Shown here one piece after another: positions 50,877 through 61,628 of a stretch of DNA of 64,000 bases. The first letter of the stretch is position 1, and the number at the start of each line of letters is the position of its first letter. The translations under genes were made by a program, and so were the position numbers. The notes beneath the pieces were generated by a model. That model searched no databases. It was not told where the DNA came from and saw nothing but the letters and a program-made list of their open reading frames with translations. Origin of the DNA: an uncultured cyanobacterium (lineage in GTDB: Bacteria; Cyanobacteriota; Cyanobacteriia; PCC-9006; JAAUQQ01); NCBI GenBank assembly GCA_963718615.1, contig OY970368.1, positions 3,904,001-3,968,000 on the forward strand, written 5' to 3'.

Positions 50877-51452
50877 ATGACAGCAATCACGCTCCAACTT
50901 GAACCGTTGACCCTTTTAACCCGTGAAGCGTTTGTTGCCCTTTGCGAGGCGAACCCTGATGCTCAACTGGAACGTACGCCGGATGGAGAGTTAGTCATTC
51001 TGTCACCGGTGGGCGGAGGCAGGGGTAAGCGCGAGGCGAGCTTGATTGTTCAAGTGGGTAGTTGGAATGAACGCACGAGCCTAGGCGAGGTGTTTAGTTC
51101 TTCTACGATTTTTAGCTTGCCGGGGGGAGGCGATCGCTCTCCTGACGTAGCGTGGGTGCGCCAGGATCGCTGGGATGCCTTGACGGTGGAAGAGCAGGAA
51201 GGATTTCCGCCGATTTGCCCTGATTTTGTGATTGAGTTGCGATCGCGCACGGATCGGCTGAAGCCATTGCAGGAGAAGATGCGGGAATATTTGGACAGTG
51301 GTTTACAAGTCGGCCTGTTGATTAATCCCCAGGAGCGGCAGGTGGAGGTTTATCGAGTGGGAGAGGCTATGCAGGTTTTGGATGCTCCTGAATCGGTGAG
51401 CATTGGGGAGTTGATGCCGGGATTGGCTTTGGATTTGCGATCGTTCTGGTGA
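50877..51452 (+). CDS. Uma2-family putative endonuclease
   Basis: RSPDVAWV, PICPDFVIELRS and KMREY motifs. Confidence 0.93.
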   Translation: MTAITLQLEPLTLLTREAFVALCEANPDAQLERTPDGELVILSPVGGGRGKREASLIVQVGSWNERTSLGEVFSSSTIFSLPGGGDRSPDVAWVRQDRWDALTVEEQEGFPPICPDFVIELRSRTDRLKPLQEKMREYLDSGLQVGLLINPQERQVEVYRVGEAMQVLDAPESVSIGELMPGLALDLRSFW

Positions 51453-51527
51453 GACTAAATCCGTATTTCTACGCAAACAATCTCCATCTCTTGTCGTTAG
51501 CATGATTCTAGAGTTGGACAAAAAGAA

Positions 51528-52283
51528 ATGGGCGTTTTTTGGCGATCATACGCAGAAATTGCAACTACCGAAGCTGAGCACATCAAGTCACTCATTGAGG
51601 CCATCAGTCAGGAGACCTTTGAAGATGACGGATTAGAGGAAAAGACTGCTCCTATCTATGATGTAGTAATCGATGGAACATCTGTCTTTTTTACTTCAAA
51701 TGGCTATGGCTGTTATGGGATTGAGGCAGAAAATCCTGGCCCATTGTTATTTGAGAAGTTATTTGGGTGCTTTGATGGTGCACTCGTTTGTTTTGAGTAT
51801 ATTCTGCCCTGTCAATCTCAGGGATATTACATGAGTAGTACCTGGGCTAAAGCAGAAGGTCCAATCGACTGGGAAGATCAAGACAGATTTGATAAATGTT
51901 GTCGTATTGTTTTGGAAGAGGGTGAGTTAGGAGAGGACTACAATGAGTTTGATGAGTTTGATACTTTTAGTGTATGGAATATCCCTCTCGATATCCTAGA
52001 GAAGCTTCAACTTCATTTGCCTAACTTGTTTCAAATGTATGTACGAGCAAGAGAGAATAATTTTGAGGATTGGGTAATGTTCAACGATACCCATTCAATC
52101 ACCTATAACCTTGCCAGCGAGCTAGCCGAGGAGTATGTAGATGATGTAGATGCTGTAATTGAAGACTGTATAAAGGATATGAAACAAGATATTAGGGAGC
52201 ATTTTGTGGACAATCTAGCAGTGGAACTTCCAAAAAACTTTCCCGAAGTCAAAACTTCCTCCTATTATACTTTGACTATATAG
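51528..52283 (+). CDS. Acidic hypothetical protein
   Basis: 251-aa ORF, D/E-rich, with AT-richer DNA than the flanking core genes. Confidence 0.7.
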   Translation: MGVFWRSYAEIATTEAEHIKSLIEAISQETFEDDGLEEKTAPIYDVVIDGTSVFFTSNGYGCYGIEAENPGPLLFEKLFGCFDGALVCFEYILPCQSQGYYMSSTWAKAEGPIDWEDQDRFDKCCRIVLEEGELGEDYNEFDEFDTFSVWNIPLDILEKLQLHLPNLFQMYVRARENNFEDWVMFNDTHSITYNLASELAEEYVDDVDAVIEDCIKDMKQDIREHFVDNLAVELPKNFPEVKTSSYYTLTI

Positions 52284-52292
52284 AAAACTTAT

Positions 52293-53300
52293 ATGAGCCG
52301 TAACGTCAGACTTTTCCCGACCTACTCCCAAAAAGAGAATCAGACAACCAATCATTGCCTACTGATTCTCAAAATGCTTTACGAGGAAAATCCAAAGTTC
52401 TTATCAGAAGCCTTAAGCAATTTACTCGAAGATAAATTTGCTGGTTCAGTCGGCGTGCAATTTACTCAACAGGTTCGTTCCCAAGGCTGTATTCCAGATG
52501 GAGAAATTAGTCAGCAACCCTTTTCAATTTTGATTGAAACGAAGCGAGGCCAAGATTTTAGGCAAGCTCAACTTTTAGCCCATCTTGAAGCACTCGCAAA
52601 ACGTCAAGGAGAAGAGCGAGTGCTAATTGCTCTGGGAAATTTCGAGCGAGACGATGCCTCGAATGAACCTGCCTTTTCAGAAATTTACGAGAAAGCTCGA
52701 ACCCATAAAGTTGCCTTCTGTGCAGTAAGTTTTGAGCAGTTTTTGCAGGCTATTCAGCTTGACTATTTGCCTAAGAATTTGGCGGATGCGATCGCTGATC
52801 TCCGAGAATATTTCGATGAAGAAAACCTTCTACCATCCTGGAAATATCGACTTGATGTCGTTAACTGTAAACTGAGTTTTGATCATGTTGTAACTCATCA
52901 AATCTATATCTGCCCCGCTGCGGGTGGACAGTACAACCATCGTCGTAGCTTATACTTTGGCACCTATCGCAACAAGCGAGTAGAACGAATTGCACAGATC
53001 CAAGCAGTTTTGGATTTGGAGTCAGAAGACGAACAGACGATCAAGTGGAATAACTCATCCTGGACTGACCCTGAGCTTGTCAAGACTGCGCGCGATCGGC
53101 GATCGCACCTCAATGAAAATTGGTATCCTGCTCGAATTTTCCTGCTGGGTGAGCTTCACGAAACCGACTTCCAGAAAACAACCCCTGGCGGCATGATGGG
53201 CAGCAAACAGTACTTTGATATCAGCCATCTTGGGATTGAAGATGCTCAGGGCCTTGCCCAAGCACTGAAGGAGAAAAGCTGGGCATCCTTAAATCTCTAG
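52293..53300 (+). CDS. Hypothetical protein with an N-terminal PD-(D/E)XK nuclease-like motif
   Basis: EN..T helix, IPDGEI...ILIETK and QL..H motif order. Confidence 0.7.
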   Translation: MSRNVRLFPTYSQKENQTTNHCLLILKMLYEENPKFLSEALSNLLEDKFAGSVGVQFTQQVRSQGCIPDGEISQQPFSILIETKRGQDFRQAQLLAHLEALAKRQGEERVLIALGNFERDDASNEPAFSEIYEKARTHKVAFCAVSFEQFLQAIQLDYLPKNLADAIADLREYFDEENLLPSWKYRLDVVNCKLSFDHVVTHQIYICPAAGGQYNHRRSLYFGTYRNKRVERIAQIQAVLDLESEDEQTIKWNNSSWTDPELVKTARDRRSHLNENWYPARIFLLGELHETDFQKTTPGGMMGSKQYFDISHLGIEDAQGLAQALKEKSWASLNL

Positions 53301-53447
53301 TCCAAGAAATCTCTAGCCCAAGAAACGTCGGTGCAAAAACATCAAGTTCCCCGAAGCAGCTCACGCACAGGCCAGAAACCTGAGCTACGATAACGCCAAA
53401 GCCTGATTATTCCTGGCTTATCCTTGCTTCATCCCGGTGGTATTGAT

Positions 53448-53735
53448 ATGGAAAATAGTCCCTTCAGCGCTACGCCTCCCGCCTGGGCACAAGAGGCCCA
53501 GCACGCCACCGGATTCCATTGTCCCCGCTGTCATGGCACAAGCCAGGAAGCTAACGCTGTTTGGATTAATCGGCGATCGCCCGTCTACATCGAAGGCCTC
53601 TATCGCCGCAAGTGGCAAGAATTTTATCAATGCAATTGCGGCACCAGTTGGTGGGGATGGAGTAGCGATCGCCCCACCCCCGACTGGCTCAAAGCCCGCA
53701 ACGCCGAGCTCGAATCCCCCGAAAGTGAAGGATAA
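53448..53735 (+). CDS. Small Cys-containing (zinc-ribbon-like) hypothetical protein
   Basis: CPRC...WINRRSPV...KWQEFYQCNCGTSWWGWS. ATG 53448 is preferred. Confidence 0.75.
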   Translation: MENSPFSATPPAWAQEAQHATGFHCPRCHGTSQEANAVWINRRSPVYIEGLYRRKWQEFYQCNCGTSWWGWSSDRPTPDWLKARNAELESPESEG

Positions 53736-53763
53736 CAGCACCAGCCCCCTCAAGCCTTGGGAA

Positions 53764-55152
53764 TTAACGACCCACGCCAATGTAATGGAAACCGGCCTTC
53801 TCCATCACTTCCCGGTGTAGGAAGTTGCGACCATCGATCATCACAGGATTATTCATCAGCTTGGCCATCTTGCCATAGTCCAACCCTTGGAACTGCTGCC
53901 ACTCGGTCACCAGCACCAGCGCATCGCAACTATCTGCCAAACGCTCAGGATCGGTTTCGACAATCACACCGGACAGGCCATGGCGTAGACCCGACTGAGA
54001 CACAATTGGGTCAAAGGCTTTGACCTTCGCGCCCAAGCGATTGAGGTGCTCGATCATAATCAGCGCAGGGGCATCGCGCATGTCGTCGGTGTCCGCTTTG
54101 AAAGTTAGACCCAAAAGACCCACGGTTTTCCCTTTGAGGATTTTGAGCTCATGCTGGAGTTTTTCCAGGGCTACCAAACGCTGACGGCTGTTGACATCAA
54201 TCGTTGCCTTGAGCAGTTCAGCCTCATAGCCGTAGTCATCGGCAGTGTGAACCAATGCAGACACATCTTTGGGGAAGCAGGACCCCCCCCAGCCAATGCC
54301 CGCATTGAGGAACTTGTCACCAATGCGGGAATCGAGACCAATCCCCTTGGCCACTTGGGTGACGTCGGCACCGACGCGATCGCAAATATTCGCCACTTCG
54401 TTAATGAAGCTAATCTTCGTCGCCAAAAACGCATTGGCCGCGTACTTGATCATTTCCGCCGAGTTCAGGTCCGTGACCACGACGGGAACCTTGGGCTCAC
54501 TTTGCTGTTCTGCAAACTGGCGGTTGACAATGGGTTCGTAGAGTTCTTCCATCATGGCGATCGCCCGAGAGCTATTGCTGCCTAGAACAATGCGATCGGG
54601 ATTAAACGTATCGTAAACCGCCGAGCCTTCCCGCAAAAATTCAGGGTTACTCACCACATCGAAGGCAACTTTCAGCTCATTGTCCGAACCTGCACCGCCG
54701 CCCGCAGGAACAAGCTCCTTCTGCCGTTCCTTAGCCCCATCCATCACAATCATCCGAACCCAGTCCCCGGAACCAATGGGCACGGTGGATTTATTAACGA
54801 TGACCTTATAGCTGCTGCCATCAAGGTGAGAGCCAATGCCCTTGGCCACGGCTTCGACATAGCGAGTGTCGCTTTCCCCGGTGGGCAGTGCAGGAGTTCC
54901 CACTGCAATAAAAAGGATATCGCCATGGGCAACCCCAGCCCCTAGATCGCTGGAAAATTGCAAACGGCCTTCCTGCATGGAAGACTTCATGATTTCCGAC
55001 AGACCCGGCTCATAAATCGGAGACTGACCAGACTGCATCAACTTTACTTTTTCTTCATTGTTGTCGATACAGATTACTTCATGGCCTGCATGGGATAAGC
55101 AAGCCCCTGTCACCAAACCCACGTAACCGGTGCCAATTACACAAACACGCAT
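53764..55152 (-). CDS. ugd: UDP-glucose 6-dehydrogenase
   Basis: GTGYVG, NPEFLREG and GGSCFPKD motifs. Confidence 0.96.
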   Translation of the reverse strand: MRVCVIGTGYVGLVTGACLSHAGHEVICIDNNEEKVKLMQSGQSPIYEPGLSEIMKSSMQEGRLQFSSDLGAGVAHGDILFIAVGTPALPTGESDTRYVEAVAKGIGSHLDGSSYKVIVNKSTVPIGSGDWVRMIVMDGAKERQKELVPAGGGAGSDNELKVAFDVVSNPEFLREGSAVYDTFNPDRIVLGSNSSRAIAMMEELYEPIVNRQFAEQQSEPKVPVVVTDLNSAEMIKYAANAFLATKISFINEVANICDRVGADVTQVAKGIGLDSRIGDKFLNAGIGWGGSCFPKDVSALVHTADDYGYEAELLKATIDVNSRQRLVALEKLQHELKILKGKTVGLLGLTFKADTDDMRDAPALIMIEHLNRLGAKVKAFDPIVSQSGLRHGLSGVIVETDPERLADSCDALVLVTEWQQFQGLDYGKMAKLMNNPVMIDGRNFLHREVMEKAGFHYIGVGR

Positions 55153-55219
55153 GGACAGTCATCCTCAAAAGTCGATAGAACAAAGCAAAGCATTTCTCAA
55201 ATCCAACCGTTACCAACCC

Positions 55220-56182
55220 CTAGGCCACCGAAGAGAGTTCGGTTTTGCCTTCTTCAGCGGTCAAGCGAGCCCGAAAATCCGCAATCATTGTCTCTAAGCC
55301 CTCTTGTACCGGAACCTGAGGCTCCCAGCCCAAAAGACTCTTGGCTTTGGTGATATCCGGTTTACGTCGCTTAGGGTCGTCCTGGGGCATGGGCTTATAG
55401 TGAATCTCCAAGCCAGGATTGATCTTGCCTTGGATCATCTGAGCCAGTTCCAGAATTGTGTACTCTCCAGGGTTCCCCAAATTAATCGGTCCCAGATGAT
55501 CGCCGTTCATTAGGCGCATTAGACCATCCACCAAATCCGCGACATAACAGAAACTGCGGGTTTGAGAGCCATCGCCATAAACGGTTAGGGGTTCACCCCG
55601 CAAGGCTTGGGCCACAAAATTGCTGACCACGCGGCCATCGTTTTCCAACATCCGAGGGCCATAGGTATTGAAAATTCGCGCCACTCGAATATCAACGTTG
55701 TTTTGGCGGTGATAATCAAAGCACAACGTCTCCGCCACTCGCTTGCCTTCGTCATAGCAAGAGCGAATTCCAATCGGATTGACGTTGCCGCGATACTCTT
55801 CAGATTGGGGATGAACTTCCGGATCCCCATAAACTTCTGACGTAGAAGCTAAAAGAATTCTAGCCTTGACCCGTTTCGCCAAACCCAACATATTGAGCGT
55901 TCCCATCACATTGGTCTTGATGGTTTTCACCGGGTTGTATTGATAGTGAACCGGTGACGCCGGACAGGCCAAGTGGTAAATTTGATCTACTTCCAACCGA
56001 ATCGGTTCGGTGATGTCATGGCGAATCATCTCAAAATAAGGATGATTAATCCATTTAACGATGTTTCGTTTATGACCGGTATAAAAATTATCAACGCAGA
56101 GGACATCATGTCCTTCGTTCATCAGGCGATCGATCAGGTGAGAACCAATAAAACCGGCACCGCCTGTAACTAGGATTCGCAT
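55220..56182 (-). CDS. UDP-glucuronic acid decarboxylase (UXS-like SDR)
   Basis: [16 protein letters not shown] (ATG 56182), [15 protein letters not shown] and YDEGK. Confidence 0.94.
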   Translation of the reverse strand: MRILVTGGAGFIGSHLIDRLMNEGHDVLCVDNFYTGHKRNIVKWINHPYFEMIRHDITEPIRLEVDQIYHLACPASPVHYQYNPVKTIKTNVMGTLNMLGLAKRVKARILLASTSEVYGDPEVHPQSEEYRGNVNPIGIRSCYDEGKRVAETLCFDYHRQNNVDIRVARIFNTYGPRMLENDGRVVSNFVAQALRGEPLTVYGDGSQTRSFCYVADLVDGLMRLMNGDHLGPINLGNPGEYTILELAQMIQGKINPGLEIHYKPMPQDDPKRRKPDITKAKSLLGWEPQVPVQEGLETMIADFRARLTAEEGKTELSSVA

Positions 56183-56699
56183 AGTGATTCGAATGTTTAA
56201 TTGGAATAGTGGCAAAGTGGTCGCCCCGAGCAGGGACGAATCGGGGGCTGAGCCTCCTAGAACTCGCGCAAGGCCCCTGAGAACCAAGTCGAGCCTTCGA
56301 CGGGTCACCTGCAAGCAAGATTCCATCCCTAGGTTGCCCAGGGATTGCCGCTGAGGGATCGAATCGCAATGGATTCGCTGGGAGGGATGCGGTAGGGATT
56401 TGCAGTACGGATTTAGCGAAGGTCGAGCGGGAGGATACAGCGATCGGTTAGCAGCGATCGGTTAGCGGAAGGACTCCGTCGGCCCAAGGGCAAACGGATT
56501 TACATCTTGAAAAAGATTGATACATAAAAACTTAACAGTTTGGCGAAGAAAAGTTTTTGCCATCGGGTCAAGGACGAGAGAATTTATCGAAGCTTCATCT
56601 AGATTAAGACTCAGCCGGATTGAACGAGGGACTGAGCCTCCCTTTAGGAAATCCGCGATTGTACGGTGATGTTCTCACTCAAGCACTCCGACTGGAATC

Positions 56700-57122
56700 G
56701 TGACCATGACGTTTAAATCTGGCAATCTGGCCCTGAACCCATCGACGGGCGATCGCCCCCAATCTTTGTGGCTGATCTCAGCGGGCATCTACGCTACGCT
56801 TTTTGGCCTGACACTCTGGCTGGCCTATACCAACCAGTTGCCCGACTGGTTTCGAGACATTCCCTATTACGACAAGATCGGCCACGTCAGCCTGTACGCG
56901 ATCGCGACCTATCTCGGCCATCGGTTATTGCGATCGCGCTACCTCCAATTGCACCGCTGGCGGTTGCCCCTATTTCCCGCTCTCTTTGGCTGCTTTACCG
57001 TGACGGAAGAGCTCCTGCAAGGTTTGTCTCCCTACCGGACGCTAGATGCCCTGGATTTGGTCTGTAGTGGTTTAGGGATTGCCCTGGGCTACTGGTTAGT
57101 GGAGCGAAAGAGAGCGGTATGA
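56700..57122 (+). CDS. VanZ-like membrane protein
   Basis: DKIGH, EELLQGLSPYRT and D motif with TM helices. Confidence 0.8.
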   Translation: MTMTFKSGNLALNPSTGDRPQSLWLISAGIYATLFGLTLWLAYTNQLPDWFRDIPYYDKIGHVSLYAIATYLGHRLLRSRYLQLHRWRLPLFPALFGCFTVTEELLQGLSPYRTLDALDLVCSGLGIALGYWLVERKRAV

Positions 57123-57134
57123 TATTTTCGGTCT

Positions 57135-57818
57135 GTGTCTGTGGGATCGATGTCTGATTCAGGGTCCGTATCGGGGTCTGCCCCATCGAGTGTATCTGCT
57201 TTATCTGCGCTGATTGCGCCTCCCCTCCAAATTGGGCCAGCGGGAGATCCGGTCCGGCTAGGAATTTTGGCATCTGGGAATGGCAGCAACTTTGAGGCCG
57301 TTGCTGAGGCGATCGCCTCAGGTCAGCTCAATGCCCAAATCCAAGTTTTGATTTACAACAATCCCGAGGCCAAGGCGGCTGAGCGAGCCCAGCGCTGGAA
57401 TGTTCCTGCGGTTCTGCTCAACCATCGAGCCTTTGAAAATCGTGAGGCCCTAGATACCGAGATTGCGAAGACGCTCCAGCATTACCAGGTGGATTGGGTG
57501 ATTATGGCGGGCTGGATGCGCATCGTCACCCAGACGCTGCTAGATGCCTTTCCCCTGCGGATGATTAATATCCATCCCAGTCTATTGCCGAGCTTCAAGG
57601 GCATTCGGGCGATCGAGCAAGCCCTCGACAGTGGGGTCAAGATCACGGGATGTACGGTGCATCTGGTGACGCTGGATATGGACAGTGGCCCCATTTTGAT
57701 GCAGGCGGCAGTGCCGATTCTGGCGGACGATGATGCCACCAGTTTGCACCAACGCGTCCAGGAACAGGAGCATCTGATTTTGCCAGCGGCGATCGCCCAC
57801 GCGGTTGAATCGGCCTAG
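57135..57818 (+). CDS. purN: Phosphoribosylglycinamide formyltransferase
   Basis: ASGNGSNF, INIHPSLLP, GCTVH and DSGPI motifs. Confidence 0.95.
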   Translation: MSVGSMSDSGSVSGSAPSSVSALSALIAPPLQIGPAGDPVRLGILASGNGSNFEAVAEAIASGQLNAQIQVLIYNNPEAKAAERAQRWNVPAVLLNHRAFENREALDTEIAKTLQHYQVDWVIMAGWMRIVTQTLLDAFPLRMINIHPSLLPSFKGIRAIEQALDSGVKITGCTVHLVTLDMDSGPILMQAAVPILADDDATSLHQRVQEQEHLILPAAIAHAVESA

Positions 57819-57931
57819 AGACTTAAGGCTCAAGCCTCAAGACTCAAGACTTAATTGGGTGTTTTGGCGGTACATCAGGATCCCTGTTCCTCTGCTAAGG
57901 TGAGGGCTCAACTGTTGTTAATGATGCACTC

Positions 57932-60082
57932 ATGACCGCGATCGTCCCGCCGGAGCAAGCCCCTAAAAAGTTCCGCTTTGACAAACGGCTTTGGCAGCAA
58001 TTTATTGAAGTTGCGCAACCCTATTTCTATCCGATCGAGGCCTATAGCACCCGCCGCTTTCTGGTGCTGGTGGGGCTTCAGCTGCTTTTTGTCATGGGCT
58101 TCACGTTTTTTCTGGTGGTCGGATTGGCCTTGCTAGGGCTGCAATTCTTCCCAGAGTTTTTCAAACGGATGATTGACGATGTCAACTTCCTGGAGTTCCT
58201 TAAAGGGTTCGTGACTAGCCCAAATCCCAATCCCGATGGGGAGCTGATGCTGGCCACGTTGACAAATATTTCAGGACGGGCGCTGATTGGACAAATTCTC
58301 CAAGGTCTAGTCAAAAGTTCTATTTTTTATTGGGCGTTGGGCGCATTGTTCCTGGGAAGCGGTGGCTTTTTCGTGGTGCGCCGCAAGCTCAAACATCGCT
58401 GGCTGCAGTGGTTCTTGCTGGGAATTTTGCTGTTTTTGGCCTTTGTGGTCAGCGGTCTAAACGTTATCATTAGCTATGCCTTTCGCTTTATTGACAACTC
58501 CTTTGTCAAATTTGCTGAAGGAAAAGGCGACGCGGCAGCACAGGGGATTGCCCAATCGGAGTTCTGGCAATTTCTGGGGGTCTACGGCATTATTTTGCTG
58601 GTGGCCATTCCAATTTTGATCGGCTATGTTTATCTGCGTCAAAAGCTAGCGCTGTTTTGGCGAAAATGGTTGACCCACAAATTCCTGGGTGAATACTTTG
58701 ATCATCGCTCCTATTACGAACTGGATTCCAACGCCGCAAACACTGAAATTGACAATCCTGATCAGCGAATCACCGAAGACATTAATGCCTTTACGATTAC
58801 CGTTCTAGATTTACTCCTCGACATTCTCGGATCTCTCCTTGATCTCATTGCCTTTACCGGCATTCTCTACGGCATTTCTAAGCAGCTAACCCTTGGCTTA
58901 GCTGGCTATGTTTCGATGGGGACCATTCTGGCGATTGTCATTGGAACCCGCCTGATCAAAATCAATTTCAACCAGCTTCGGCTAGAAGGTGATTTTCGAT
59001 ACGGCATGGTTCACGTCCGCGACAATGCTGAATCCATTGCGTTCTATCGCGGTGAAGAGCTCGAACAAAAACAAGTCTCAGAACGTCTGCTGTCTGCCAT
59101 TCGCAACTACGATCTCAAGATTATTTGGCTGGCCTACTTGGGCGTTTTTCAACGCGCTTACAATTACTTTGCGCGCTTAGTGCCCTACGCACTTTTAGCC
59201 CCCTTATTCTTTAGCAATCAAATTCAGTTTGGAGTCATTGGCCAAGGGGTTTTTGCCTTTCAGATGGTTTTGAGTGCGCTCTCTTTAATTACGAACCGCA
59301 TTCAAGATATTTCAGCCTTTGCGGCCAGTATCGAACGGGTCGGGAAACTGTACGAGCATTTGCAAGACAACACCCAAGGAACGCGGGACAGTGGCAGCCA
59401 ACAGCGAATCCAAACTCACCTAGCCCCGCAATTTCGCATCCAAGACCTGACGTTGCGCACGCCCAACAACGAGCAAACACTCTTCGAGAACCTGAGTTTG
59501 ATGTTGGATTCCCAGGAACAGCTCTTGATCGTCGGACCCAGCGGCTGCGGCAAAAGCTCATTTATGCGAGCCCTCGCCGGGTTATGGAAAAACGGCAGTG
59601 GCACCATCGAACGGCCCGATAACAGCGAAATTCTGTTTTTGCCTCAAAAACCCTACATGCTGCTCGGGACCTTGCGGGAGCAGTTGGTGTATCCGAATAT
59701 GCGATCGCACATCCCCGAGTCCGAGATCCAAGAGGCCCTAAAGCTAGTCAACCTCGAAGCCCTACCGGAGCGAGTCGGTGGCCTTGAAATCGAACGGGAC
59801 TGGCCCTCGGTCTTGTCCTTAGGGGAACAGCAGCGGCTAGCCTTCGCCCGGATTCTACTCAACCAACCCAAATACGTCATGCTCGACGAAGCCACCAGCG
59901 CACTTGATGTGGTCAATGAGCGTCGCCTTTACCAATTGCTACAAAGCCTTGAGATTCTTTACATCAGTGTTGGCCATCGACCTAGCCTGCGGGACTACCA
60001 TCGCAAGGTTCTAGAGATTGGCGTCCATGAAAGGGGATGGCAAGTATTCTCAGCTCCAAAGTATCAATTTGTAGAAAGCTAA
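57932..60082 (+). CDS. ABC transporter fused permease/ATPase (ABCD/YddA-like)
   Basis: DNPDQRI, NAESIAFY, GPSGCGKSS and LSLGEQQRLAFAR. Confidence 0.93.
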   Translation: MTAIVPPEQAPKKFRFDKRLWQQFIEVAQPYFYPIEAYSTRRFLVLVGLQLLFVMGFTFFLVVGLALLGLQFFPEFFKRMIDDVNFLEFLKGFVTSPNPNPDGELMLATLTNISGRALIGQILQGLVKSSIFYWALGALFLGSGGFFVVRRKLKHRWLQWFLLGILLFLAFVVSGLNVIISYAFRFIDNSFVKFAEGKGDAAAQGIAQSEFWQFLGVYGIILLVAIPILIGYVYLRQKLALFWRKWLTHKFLGEYFDHRSYYELDSNAANTEIDNPDQRITEDINAFTITVLDLLLDILGSLLDLIAFTGILYGISKQLTLGLAGYVSMGTILAIVIGTRLIKINFNQLRLEGDFRYGMVHVRDNAESIAFYRGEELEQKQVSERLLSAIRNYDLKIIWLAYLGVFQRAYNYFARLVPYALLAPLFFSNQIQFGVIGQGVFAFQMVLSALSLITNRIQDISAFAASIERVGKLYEHLQDNTQGTRDSGSQQRIQTHLAPQFRIQDLTLRTPNNEQTLFENLSLMLDSQEQLLIVGPSGCGKSSFMRALAGLWKNGSGTIERPDNSEILFLPQKPYMLLGTLREQLVYPNMRSHIPESEIQEALKLVNLEALPERVGGLEIERDWPSVLSLGEQQRLAFARILLNQPKYVMLDEATSALDVVNERRLYQLLQSLEILYISVGHRPSLRDYHRKVLEIGVHERGWQVFSAPKYQFVES

Positions 60083-60308
60083 GTCGAAATATGTAGAAAA
60101 GATAAAGGGGTCATACCCCTGAGGCCCCTATCCCCATTGTTCGCACTAGGCCAATCCAGTATTTCTATGCCAGGGAAATTTAAAGATTTTTATTTTCCTG
60201 ATTCAGTTCGGTGCGAGTTGTCTCCCTCAATGAAGGACGATCGCCCTAGCTACGAAAACAATTGTGTCCGTGGATCCACTCTCTGGGGCTGCTTGCCAAA
60301 CCTGTGCC

Positions 60309-60548
60309 ATGCTTTTCACGTCTTTATTCACTCGTTCCTCTGCTGTTTCCGGAAACTACTCCTTTGAAGCGGATCGGGGCACGGACTTAGATCGGCTCTA
60401 TCAATCGCTCGAACGTAAATTGCAGTTGGCCTACGCCATTGGCAATCGCGAACAAATTCGTAATCTAGAGGCTGAGGTAGAATCCCTCACGGGCTGGCGG
60501 TTTAGTCGCCAGCGCGCACTGCAGACGGTTTCTCGCGACGCCGCCTAG
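60309..60548 (+). CDS. Small protein with a PirA-like C-terminal helix pair
   Basis: SLERKLQLAYAIGNREQIRNLEAE resembles the L..RL.VA...G...L...LE.E motif. The start is uncertain (60264 or 60309). Confidence 0.5.
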   Translation: MLFTSLFTRSSAVSGNYSFEADRGTDLDRLYQSLERKLQLAYAIGNREQIRNLEAEVESLTGWRFSRQRALQTVSRDAA

Positions 60549-60588
60549 AATTGCGATGCCGCCGATAATTGCGACGCCGCCTAGAATT
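60535..60588. repeat. 3 x 18-bp tandem repeat spanning a stop codon
   Basis: GCGACGCCGCCTAGAATT, GCGATGCCGCCGATAATT, GCGACGCCGCCTAGAATT. Confidence 0.88.
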
Positions 60589-61622
60589 TAAGCAGACGTC
60601 CGTTGTAGCTCATCCAGTAGCCGTTGAGCCGCTGCTTGAGGGGATAGTTTGCTGATATCTAAGGACCGTAAGGGCTCCGAGCGACGGGCCAAGTCGTACC
60701 GATAGGTTCGATCGTAATAATCCAAAACAATGGCGATCGCCGGTTCCAGCCGCCCTTGACGAATCCAATCGATGGCCGCCTGAGTTCGTTGCGGTCCAAG
60801 ACGCTTACGAATGCGTTCAGTCGCCACAATTAAGGCTTCTCCTCCTGCTTCCCCATAGAGCTGCGCCAAGAGCTGAATCCGTTCCCCCAGGGATCGCTGA
60901 ATTTCCCAGATGGGCGATCGCCCCATCTGCTGCCAAATCTCTGGGGGAATCCGGCAACGTCCTACCTGGGCGCTCTCCGCCTCAATCCAAATGGGCCGCT
61001 CCGGGGAAAAATGCTGCCAAGTCCAGGCAATTAAATTTTCGTACTGCTCGGTGCTGGGCTGGGGGGGAAGCCCTAAATTGCCATAGCTACTGCCCCGATG
61101 GTTGGCTAGTCCCTCCAAATCGAGTACCTGCTCCCCTTGGGCTTGCAGCGCCTGCAAAATTTCCGTTTTTCCCGTGCCCGTCATACCGCCCAAAATCAGC
61201 AGCGATCGCGGTTCCGCCAAGACACGACGAACCCAGCCCCGAAAGGCCTTGTAGCCCCCCACCAACAGCACCGACTCAAACCCCGCTGTTTCCATCAGCC
61301 AGGCCATACTGCTGCTGCGCATGCCGCCTCGCCAGCAGTGCAACCGTAGCGATCGCCCCCCCCCCAGCTCAGCGGTTAACCCCTTAGCCTGCTGCACAAA
61401 ATCAGCCAATTTGGGTCCGACGAAACCCAATCCCAACTCTACCGCCGCTTCTCTCCCCTGCTGCTGATAGCAAGTGCCCACAGCGGCCCGCTCCCGATCG
61501 CTAAACAGCGGCAAATTCACCGCGCCGGGAATATGGGCTTGATGATATTCCCCCGGACTACGGACATCCAGAATCGGCCCCGGCGCAGCGGAAAATGCAT
61601 CAAACTCCAGAACGGAAGCCAT
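60588..61622 (-). CDS. mnmH: tRNA 2-selenouridine synthase
   Basis: Rhodanese DVRSPGEY and CWRGGMRS, P-loop GMTGTGKT, and DLEGLANHRGS. Confidence 0.94.
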   Translation of the reverse strand: MASVLEFDAFSAAPGPILDVRSPGEYHQAHIPGAVNLPLFSDRERAAVGTCYQQQGREAAVELGLGFVGPKLADFVQQAKGLTAELGGGRSLRLHCWRGGMRSSSMAWLMETAGFESVLLVGGYKAFRGWVRRVLAEPRSLLILGGMTGTGKTEILQALQAQGEQVLDLEGLANHRGSSYGNLGLPPQPSTEQYENLIAWTWQHFSPERPIWIEAESAQVGRCRIPPEIWQQMGRSPIWEIQRSLGERIQLLAQLYGEAGGEALIVATERIRKRLGPQRTQAAIDWIRQGRLEPAIAIVLDYYDRTYRYDLARRSEPLRSLDISKLSPQAAAQRLLDELQRTSA

Positions 61623-61628
61623 GGCTGC

